From: Azolla caroliniana
Taxonomy: Eukaryota; Plantae; Polypodiophyta
Assembly (NCBI GenBank): GCA_043228905.1
Contig: JBHGNT010000015.1
Location: 8,556,001-8,620,000 of the forward strand
Reading direction: 5' to 3'
Length of the DNA stretch: 64,000 nt
The first letter of the stretch is position 1. Each line of letters opens with the position of its first letter. Positions 25,691 to 36,133 of the stretch are shown piece after piece. Below the pieces are notes generated by a model, which had not been told where the DNA came from, did not search any database, and worked only from the letters and a program-made list of their open reading frames with translations. The position numbers and the translations under genes are program-made.

Positions 25691-27245
25691 TGTCGACTCT
25701 CGGCCGAATCGAGTAGAAGTCGATTCGATCGAAATCGAATCCAAACCAATTGGCCGATTTAATACTCGGCAAAATCGAGAACCAACTGAAGAACAAGGGG
25801 AACCGGTTGAACGAGGAACCAAATTTGACTCGACCGAAGAAATCGAAGAAGAACTCACCGTGCGGAATGGAGGCCGAAGATATTCCCTAAGAGAAAGAAG
25901 CCCCCCCCCCCCCCCCCCCTAGATTTCCGGATGAAGAGCGTGTACTGCTAACCAATGAGGGGGAGCTGGAAAGCTTTGAAGAAGCTAAACAAGATAGCCA
26001 TAGCCAAAAGTGGTTTAGTGCCATGCAAGAGGAGATGGATTCCTTGCATGAGAATCACACATACGAATTGACCGAGTTAGTGAAAGGGAAGAAGGTACTA
26101 TAGAATAAGTGGGTATACAAACTAAAGCCATAGTTTCCCTGGTCGTAAAGATGATGTCAACTCGAATAGTGTTGAGCATCGCGGCCAACATGGATCCCGA
26201 AGTCGAGCAAATGGATGTCAAGACTGCCTTCCTCCATGGAGATTTGGAGAAAGAGATATACATGCTCCAGTCGGAAGGATTCATGGAGAAAGGTAAAGAG
26301 AACCTGGTATGCGGATTGAGAAAGAGCATGTATGAGTTGAAGCAGGCACCTCGGCAATGGTACCGAAAATTCGAATCCTTCATGACCGACAATGGGTAGC
26401 ACAAACGCAGGCCGATCACTATGTGTCTGTGAAGAAGTTCGATAGAGGAGATTTCCTCATACTCCTACTATATGTGGACGACATGATGATTGTCGGACGA
26501 GACCTGAGGAAAATCGGAAGCTTGAAGAAGGCCTTGAGTAGGTCGTTCTCGATGAAGGATATGGATTTGACAAAGCAAATCCTGGGGATGCACATTGTTC
26601 GAGTGTGAACAAAGAAATTATTAAGTTTGTCACATGAGCAATATGTGAGAAAAGTGCTCTAGAGATTCAACATGGAAAGCGGGAAACTGGTCGGCTTGAC
26701 ATTGGTGACGAACTACAAGCTGAGCAAAGATCAATGTCCAAAATCGAAAACCAAGAAGGCCGAGATGTCAAAAGTACCTTATGCCTCAGCGGTTGGAGTG
26801 GTTAGCCGATATATGAGCAATCCGAGAAGAGAGCATTGGGCTACTGTGAAGTGGATACTTCGGTACTTGAGAGGCACCTCGAATGTGTGTCTTCGATTTG
26901 GCTCAGGTAATCCCACATTGGAAGGTTGCACGGACTCGGACATGTTGGTTGATGTGGATACTAAGTGATCCATGTCCAGATACGTGATGACTTATGCAAG
27001 GGGAGATGTCTCGTGGCAATCAAGGTTGTAGAAGGTTGTGGCGTTGTCGACCATGGAAGTCGAGTACATGGCCGCAACAGAAGCCAGTAAGGAAGTAATT
27101 TGGATGAAGGAATTTATCGGAGAGTTGGGAATTCAACAAGAGGAATTCCGACTCCATTGCGATAACCGGAGCTCCAACCACCTTGCAAAAAATGATGCCT
27201 ACCACTCGAGGACTAAGCACATATAGAGGAGATATCCTTGGCTCC
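25691..27245 (+). pseudogene. Copia fragment (INT-RT linker, RT, RNase H); outermost host of the right-hand nest
   Basis: '[13 protein letters not shown]', 'LYVDDM', 'TDSDM', 'HSRTKHI'. Interrupted at 27246. No 5' part. Confidence 0.9.
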
Positions 27246-27469
27246 TGTTGGGAAAATCGATCTCTTCGGATGGGATCCGGTGATGAATAAAGAGGAGCCG
27301 GTGAGAACCGGAAGAGAAAACAGATTTGTAAATATGTCTTGAATAAGCCCATTGAGGCTATATTTGTAAATAGCCCTAAGTTCATATAACTATAAATATG
27401 ACTTAGGGAATGACTTTACAGTGTGAGAGAGAGTTTTTTTGTGTTGTGGTCATATTGTTGTAACCGTTG

Positions 27470-27521
<52 letters not shown>

Positions 27522-27810
27522 CAGAGCGATACTTTGTCGTAACTGCCACTGTGCGAAGAAACAGAGCTCAAGGTCATTGCCTTTGAGTCTCTGATTGTAT
27601 CCCTTTCTCTTCATAGTGATAGTTCGGAGTCTATGGGCTCCCGTGGTTTTTTCCCTATTAGGGTTTTTCCACATAAACATCATGTATCATTTTTTTTCCT
27701 TGTGTACTCTCCATTTCCCATTTCTGTGTTTGATTCTTATAGAAGTGTTTCACTACTCGGTTGTGGCCAAGCGATATTCCGCGCATTTCTCTTCAAATTG
27801 GTATTAGAGC

Positions 27811-28374
27811 GACTGTTCGGAAAGCCGACAGTCGAAGAGTCGAAAACAGTGAGGCGACTGTTTGAGAACTCGACAATTATTATTATGGTAATAATAATGA
27901 TGATGTTAGGAAATAGGTCTCTCCGGATGGGGAGAGACATGAGCCGAGTTGATGCGGGACTCGTGTATATAGCCAACTCGGGAGATTATATTTGTAAATA
28001 GTCTCAAAGTTGCGTACGTATATATGTAACTAGGGAAAACTTTAGAGGTGTGACAAACAGAGTAGAAATAGGAGTTGTAGTGTGCAGGAGAGAGAAAGAG
28101 AAGGGAGAGTCACGCCATAGCTGTGTGTGTAACAGCAGACGCGAAGAGCCCTGTGCGGCTGATACACTCGATAGAGTGTTGTATTCCTCTCGGTGTTGTA
28201 TATCCACTTTTTATAGTGAAGATTCTATTCACCCGTGTTTTTCCCCGTTTTAGGGTTTCCACGTAAATCTCTGTGTACATCTGTTTATCTTGACTTTTTG
28301 GTATATTGCTATGATTCGTATTTCAGCGCATAGTTCGTTCATTGTGATTTATATTCCGCAACGATTTCTCAACA
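27811..28374 (+). mobile_element. Copia-A-family solo LTR inserted just after the Copia-C PBS, 5' ~35 bp deleted
   Basis: Matches the Copia-A and Copia-H LTRs and ends TCTCAACA. The deletion junction is at the shared AGAGC. Confidence 0.85.
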
Positions 28375-30143
28375 CAAACAACACAGGAAATGGAAGAATC
28401 TTACGATGGCATGTTCAAGCTCACCGGGTCCAATTACTCAGTGTGGAAGTCGAAGATGAGGGACATGCTGGTGGTTAAAGATCTTTGGTGGCCGGTTCAG
28501 TTTGGGACAAGAGACCGGATAGATTGATGACACGGTGTGGGAGGTGATGCACATGAAGACGACGGCATACATCTGGTGCTTCATCGACATGAGCCTGTAC
28601 AAAAACTTCAATGAAGAGAGCAAGGCTCATGAACTCTAGGAGAAGATCGGCATCATGTTCCAGAACAAGAATGCCGTTAATCGGGTTTCGGTATTTCGGA
28701 AGCTAGTTAAGCTCTGGTACCAAGACGGCTCCAGTATGGTGGAGCACATGAATGCCTTCAAGGGGCTGATACACCAAGCAACCTTGTTGGAAGTACCTCT
28801 TGCCGATGAGGTACTTGCTTTGGTCCTACTCGGTTCCCTCCAAGATAGCTGGGAGCCGTTAGTTGTAACGTTGGGTAACGCCGGGTCGGAAGGAAAACAA
28901 CTATCCCTAGCAAGGGTCAAGTCGAGCTTGCTAGAAGAGGAGGCGCGTCGGAAAGACAAGGAGGTAATCTCCGATGCCAAAGCCCTCCTTACCGAATCGG
29001 AATGCGGAAGACAAAGGAATCGAAGTCCCTAGAACCGGGAAAAGTCGGGGACACGGTCAAAGTCAAGGGGGAGGCCCACTTGCTTCTATTGCGGCAAGCC
29101 GGGGCACTTCCAGAAGAACTGTTGGCATTTCCGGAAGGACAAGGGAACCGACAGTACCGATTCAAAGAAGTCACCCGACCCAAACGGTTCGAATTAGTGA
29201 GGCCCGGACCAAAACGGAATGACGGTGATCGCGACAAGTGAAGAAAAACTAATGCTTATCACCGAGGAGAGTCAGTTGAACCTTGCCATCGACGAGACAA
29301 CCTGGGTTGTCGATTCCAGAGCGTCGTTCTACCTTACCCCGGACCGGAAATGCTTCTCATCCTACACAGCCAGTGAGCACGGTTGTGTCCGGATGGGGAA
29401 TGAAGGGACATGTCGAATTATTGGCATAGGAGATGTGTTGTCGACAATATCAACCGGATGCAAGTTGTTGTTGAAGGATGTCTGACACGTTCCGGAGGTT
29501 TGACTGAACCTAATATCAGCTCGTCAGCTAGATGATAAAGTCTACACAGGTAGCATCTGGAACGATATCATGAAGTTCTGCAAAGGGAGCTTAATAGTGG
29601 CTCGAGCCCGGAAGGTCAACACATTGTACTTGATGAATGCCCGGATATGCCGGGGAGAAGTGAACGTAGCATGCAATACTGCCGGTGAGCTGTGGCACAA
29701 AAGACTGTGTCACATGAGTGAGAAGGAGATGAAGAGGCTTGCCGAAGACAACCTCATTCTGGTGAAGGACGTGCAACTTGAGAAGTGCACCGAGTTCTTG
29801 GCCGGCAAGTAAAACCATACCTCCTTCCGGTCAAGACCACCAATGAGACGGAATGCACCACAGGAGCTGGTGCATACCGATGTGTGTCAACTCAACACAG
29901 AGTCACATGATGGATCGCAGTACTTTGTGACGTTAATAGATGACCACAACCGAAAGTTGTGGGTCTCATCGTTGAAGACGAATGATCAGGTGCTAACTGT
30001 CATGATATGGCAAGACTCGAACCCATGACCTTAGGTTATATGGGTCGAGCTCTTGAACATTATATCATCTATTGTAATACGTAGGATATTATTTTCATTT
30101 ACATTTTATTATAGGAAATTAATGTATATTCCAGATTTCTCTG

Positions 30144-30189
30144 GAACATTCTAGAAGCTTCAGGATTACTCCTGAGAACACTATAAAAG
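30144..30189 (+). promoter_or_regulatory. Heat-shock element plus TATA box in the Gypsy-D LTR
   Basis: GAAcaTTCtaGAAgcTTC gives four alternating nGAAn units at 30144-30161. TATAAAA at 30182. The same is at ~40322-40366. Confidence 0.7.
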
Positions 30190-30538
30190 AGGGCACTAGA
30201 CATTATGTTGAACCAAATTGGTTTAATGCCAGTCTTTAGCCTCATAGCCCTTTTGTACTTACTCTTCTTATAATATATAATTTGTTATCATCATCTCTCT
30301 CTCTCTCTCTCTCTCATCCTCGCTATCTCTCTCTCTCCTCTTCTCTCTTCCTCTCTCGGGAGTCTTACGCAGTCTCGTCCTCTTAGTACTAATAGTACTT
30401 CCCTTCTCTAGTACTAATTCTCTCTTTGCTTAGTACTAATCCTCTCTCTGTTTAGTACTATTCCTGACAGTTTGAACCAATTTGCTTCTGTCTCTCTCCC
30501 TTCATACTAATCTCTTACTCCTCTTTTCTTTTCATCCC

Positions 30539-31688
30539 ATGGCCACTGTTAGCGCCCAACAATACCAATCTGTTTTCTCAGAGTTTCAATGCTTGAAAGA
30601 GAAGTTCCTTGCTTTGGAACAAGAAAATCAACAGTTGCTGGGGGATCTTCAACAAATCTCCTTAGAAAAGAAGCAAACACAACAACAACATGGGGAACTT
30701 GCATTACGCGTGCAACAACTCGAAGTAACCATCGTAGCGATGCAACAACAAGGCCCCGGAACACAAGGGATTCATATGGAACCCAAGATTGGCATTCCCA
30801 CGAAGTTCGATGGAACACAATTGCAGTTTAGAGGGTTCCTTAATCAGGTACGATTAGTTATTCAAATGCATCATTCCCGATATCCTACCGATGCATCAGG
30901 AGTGGGTTTAGTAGGGACACTGTTAAGTGGCTCAGCGTTGGCATGGTTCACTCCACTATTGGAAAAGGAGTCTCCATTACTCACAACTTTGAAGAGTTTA
31001 TAGGTGAGTTTAAAGCATGCTTTGGAGATTCTAACAGCGTAAGGACCGCAATCAACAAAATCCGGCGATTACGCCAAGGAGACCGTCTAGCCTCCGCATA
31101 CGATGCAGATTTCGCCTACTCACCGCTGACATCCCTTGGGATGATCAAGCGTTGATGGAGCAATTTCGTTATGGTTTACGAAATGATGTTAAGGATTTAC
31201 TCTTGACCTTCCCTGAAGAGCCAAAGTCCTTAACAGAAGCAATCAGTCGCGTGGTGAGATGTGACAACCGCCTCTTTGAGCGACGTTCGGAACGACAATT
31301 ATAGATGCCGAGGGCAAGCTCAGAGCCCACCTACGCCTCAATGGTAGCAAAACCTTTACCGAGGGATTCCTATAATGCGCCTTTAGTGAATACTCCGACT
31401 CCGATGGAGATTGACACTACACGTCGTCGAGGGCCATTATCCGAAGAAGAAAAGCAGCGATGCCGAACAAATCGACTATGTCTCTACTGCGGTGGACCAG
31501 GACACAATGCAATAAATTGTCCCCATAGGCCAAGAAGACAGGTAAACCAAATAATTGCTAGTTCTAATTGTACTAAACCTGAGCCTATTACAGTAGGGAT
31601 ATATGATAGTACTAATAGTACTAATAGCCTAGATCTAGCGAACAAATTTGATGTCCTTAGTCAGTTAGAAGAAGAGTTAAACGACTAA
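30539..31688 (+). pseudogene. Gypsy-D gag (coiled-coil N-terminus, capsid, CCHC)
   Basis: 'PTKFDG', 'LSGSALAWF', 'PMEID', 'CLYCGGPGHNAINC'. Frameshifts are present. Confidence 0.9.
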
Positions 31689-31730
31689 GTCTAGCCAAAA
31701 TAGGAGCCGTTTGGTTGGACAACCCTAGAT
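31676..31730 (+). promoter_or_regulatory. Candidate -1 ribosomal frameshift signal (G_TTA_AAC plus stem-loop)
   Basis: Heptamer at 31676-31682, 6-nt spacer, 11-bp stem 31689-31699/31710-31720. The -1 frame is open into the protease. Confidence 0.7.
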
Positions 31731-34700
31731 CTGTGCAACCCATTAGTGGTTCCATTCCCTCTAAACAAGTTAGCAATGTGTTTGTAGCCCAAGTAACAGT
31801 TAGTACTAAAAGTACCCCTCCAGTACACGTCTTAGCACTTCTAGACTCCGGAGCTAATTCTTGCTTTATGGATAGGAATTTTGCCCAAGCTCATCAGATA
31901 TCCCTTAGAAAACTCTCGTGTCCAGCCTCTGTAGTCGTCATTGATGGTCTTCCCATTGCTTCCGAAAATATCATAGAAGAGTCAGAACCCGTTAATATTG
32001 TCCTAGATAACTTAGCATGTGTAGTATCATTTAACATTATTAGTATCCTAGAACATCCCATCGTTTTGGGATTACCATGGTTTGAGTTACATAACCCAGA
32101 CATAGATTGGAGAACAAGATAAATCTGGTGTCGACAAACCCGAGGATCTACTCAGAAGATTGCCACCATTTCACTACATCAATTGCGGGAAGAAGGAGGC
32201 AAGGAAGAAATGTTTCTCTTCGCAATATCACTAAAACCGTTCGACACTATTAAAGAGGAGTCCACCATTCAGCTTCCAAAGAAGTATCATCATTATGCCG
32301 ATGTATTCGATAATGTACGAGCCAATACGCTTCCTCACCATTGACCATATGATTGCCCCATCGATTTACAACCGGGGAAAGAGCCACCATGGCGACCGAT
32401 CTACAATTTGTCACCAACCGAGCTAGAAGTCCTTCGAGCCTATATAGAGGAGAATTTGGAGAATGGATTCATTCGACATTCGAAATCTCCAGCCGGCGCA
32501 CCCATTTTCTTCGTCAAGAAAAAGGATGGCTCACTTCGTTTGGTGGTAGATTACCGTGGCTTGAATAAAGTTACAATCTGCAATAGGTATGCACTTCCCC
32601 TTATCTCAAGTCTTTTAGAACGGCTCAATGGTGTCAGGTTCTTCACAAAGATCGACTTACGGGGGGGGCTATAACCTCGTACGGATCCGACCAGGAGATG
32701 AATGGAAGACCGCGTTCCGCACTAGATATGGGCACTTTGAGTATACGGTCATGCTGTTCAGCCTCACTAATGCGCTAGTAGTCTTCCAACACATGGCAAA
32801 TGATATATTCCGAGATCTCTTGGATGTGTGTCTGATCATCTACTTGGATGATCTACTGGTTTATTCAAAGACCGAAGAAGAGCATGATTCTCATGTACTG
32901 TTAGTACTAAAACGATTTCGAGAACATGGTCTTTACGCAAAGTTAGAAAAATGTAGTTTCGGGTGCAACCAGGTGGAATTTCTCGGCTACGTCATTTCAT
33001 TAGAAGGCATCTCCATGGACCCAGCTAAGGTCAAGACGGTGGTAGAATAGCAGACTCTGCGCTCGGTATGGGATGTGCAATGCTTTGCCAATTTTTACTG
33101 GAAGTTTATACAAGATTACTCAAAGCTCGTTCTGCCTCTCACGCAGCTTACCAGGAAGGGACAATCGTTCGTTTGGTTTGAAGAAGCAGATATGGCTTTC
33201 AAGAGTCTTAAAAAGGCATCTACATCGGCTCCAATTCTAGCTCATGTCGATCCGGAAAAACCATTCATTATCAAAGCTGACACATCGGATTTCGCATTGG
33301 GGAGCATTCTATCACAACGGGGTAATGATGAGAAGCTACATCCTATGGCTTTTCACTCACGCAAGTTTGACGCCACCGAAATCAACTACGAAATTCATGA
33401 TAAGGAGCTATTGGCAATAGTGGACTCGTTTATGCAATGGAGGCATTTTTTAGAGGGATCCTCTCATCAAGTCACCGTATTCAGTGACCATAAAAACCTT
33501 GCCTATTTTCAAGATGCTCGTGTGTTAAATCGACATCGAGCTCGGTGGGCCCACTTCCTCATGCATTTCGACTTCAAAATTACATATCATCCGGGGAAGC
33601 ACCAAGGGAAGGCAGATGCATTATCATGGCATTCGTATCTAACACTGCATCCCGGTGAGCCAGCTTTCGATAACCAAAAGCAAGTAATCTTGGGACCGGA
33701 TTAATATCATACGTGCGGATTTGAAGACAGATGCTTTCGCCCAAGCTATACTAGCACAAATTGATACCTCTCGAGCGTCGTGTCCACAGTCGCAACCACT
33801 AGGTACGGACTATCGGCAATTCAAATACCATGATGGATTACTCTTCTTTAAAGAACTTTTGTATGTTCCTAATGGTTCTTGCCGCCTTCGAGTAGTAACA
33901 AACTGTCATGAAACATATACAGTTGGGCATTTGGGTAGTACTAAAACATTAGATTTAGTACAACGATCATTCTGGTGGCCCCATATGCGACAATTTGTCG
34001 AAGATTTTGTTCGGACTTGTGATACATGTTGCAGAGCGAAAATGCCAAGGCATCATCCATATGGTTTATTAGAACCATTACCAATTCCATGCAAGCCATG
34101 GCAATCCATTGCTCTAGACTTCATCACAAATCTTCCAGTCTCTAAGGGGTTTAATGTGATTCTAACAGTGCTAGATCGATATACGAAGATGGCTCATTTC
34201 TTACCATGTACTAAGGAAATCTCCAGTGAAGACATCACCGAAATTGTCATGCGTGAAGTATGTCGATGACCGTGGACCCCAGTTCATGTCAAAATTCTAG
34301 AAGCACCTTTTCAAAATGCTCAAGGTCACTTGTAACCTCTCCTCCGGCTGCCACCCACAACCCGACGGCCAAGCCGAACGAACAAATCAAACACTGGAGC
34401 AGTATCTACGGTGCTTTCTCAGCTATCATCAGGATAACTGGGCAGATATTCTCCACTTCGCCGAATTTGCCTATAATAACTCTATCCACGCATCGACTAA
34501 AGTTACACTGTCGTGGAGAAAACCGTCCCTAGGCGGAAACCGGGTATAACGTGCATAAACCAACCCTTATACGTGCGCACAAGTTTTGTTGTACAGTACG
34601 CAGATAGGTACAAGTCGGGTGAGGTGAAATCCTAGGTAGCGCACATTCATTAGCAGAGAATCAAGGCGTATCCCTGTCCGAAAGGACAGGGAATAAACAT

Positions 34701-35432
34701 GATGTAACGGGTGGTAACGGCCTCCCTCCTTGGGCTATAAAAGAGAGGGAGAGGTATTCTAAAAGATATCACGTTTTAGTGGAGGAAGAAGTGTTGCTGG
34801 ACTGGAAACGAGCCCTTCTCCTCTCCTCTATCGTCCCCCTTTAATCGTTCTGTGCAGGATTTGAGAGGCTGACCCTGCTCCGCGGGACGCCTGAGTGCTA
34901 CCGGCAGTCTCCATCTCGTGTTGTGTGTGTGTGTGTGTGTGTGCAGGCGTCGGAGCCTATCACTCGCCGGCTTGCCGGTAATAACACCTTGATTTATATA
35001 TACATAAGCATTCGTTCTGTCTCCATCTCACGTTCTGTAGTTAGTTGCAATTCCCCTCCCCTCATTCAGCCATTTCTCGGTCCGAGTCCCCCGTGGTCCC
35101 GCCTTGTTCTCCACGCACGCGCGTAGCAACGCGACAACGCCATTTTATGCTTATACGGGATGTCACCCTCGGTGGAGTGTACTTGAAACCCCAGAGGTGT
35201 TCACAAATCCTTGCGCGGAGGATCGTTTGGAGCAGTTACGCAAGATACAAACGGATTTATCTACTCATCTCCAGGAAGCTCAACAAACACACAAGGTCTA
35301 CGCGGATCGTCATTGACTTCCATCTAGTTTTAACATTGGAGATCGGGTGTGGCTGCTATGACGACACATCAAGACTACTCACCTATGTGAGAAGTTGGAT
35401 TATCGGCGATTAGGTCCTTTCCGTATTATCGG
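31680..35432 (+). pseudogene. Gypsy-D pol (PR, RT, RH, INT), disrupted
   Basis: 'LLDSGA', 'VDYRGLN', 'YLDDLL', 'DTSDFALG', 'LDFITNLP', 'DGQAERTNQ'. Confidence 0.93.
34509..35136 (+). mobile_element. Solo LTR in the Gypsy-D integrase
   Basis: TGTCGTG...CGCGACA termini. 4-bp TSD ACAC/ACGC. Removing it restores KVTPFYAY. The last ~50 bp are shared with the element E LTR. Confidence 0.88.
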
Positions 35433-36133
35433 TGTCGTGAAGATTTTCGTCCACGAGCGGAAACCCGAGCAACGAGAGCCAAAGAGCGATGTGCAACGTT
35501 GCACACGTACATAATGTATTTGTAATAATAATAGGGGAAAAGGGTATGGTGCTAGAAAGGCCCCATAAGATCCCTAAGGTATAAAGGCGATGTGGTCTTG
35601 TGCGCACATACACGCGCGAGAGAGAGAGAGGTACTATGCGGTACATCGGTACCTAGTTGTTTGTGAGCAGGTGGGAGTAAAGGGGCCATCAATCTCACCC
35701 TCACCAAATCAAGGCAAATATCCCGTTTGAATGAAAGGGGATATTTTAGTCTCGTTTTTGTAGACGGTCTTCTCTCCTTGTGCTATAAAAGGAGAGGGAA
35801 GGCACCATTGTGGGGGTTGCCTATTTTGAGTGTGCGAGGTATACCACATAGGTCGAGTGTTAGGGTTAGGGTTAGGGTTTTGAGTAGTCGTTTGGTGCGG
35901 CCTATGCGGCCACCATTTTGTAATCGTTCATCTTGTTTTAATACATTTGGTTGTTCATCTTGTCTCCATCTTCCTCTTGTTCGATCTAATATCTTGTTCA
36001 TTCTTCTTCTTCTTGAGCAAAGCTTCCATTCCATGTCCGATTCCTTCTCCTCTACTCCTTAGTCCAAGACCCCCGTGGTCCCGCCCTTCTCCAAGCATGC
36101 GCGTAGCAACGCGACATATTTGGTGAACCCGAT

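Noticed and set aside
25901-25919. Poly-C run as a regulatory element
   Set aside because: It is a slippage expansion of a short C-run in a Copia linker (compare the G-run at ~21091 in Copia-B).
30005-30075. Functional tRNA gene
   Set aside because: No acceptor stem and a weak T-stem. Kept only as a tRNA-like module.
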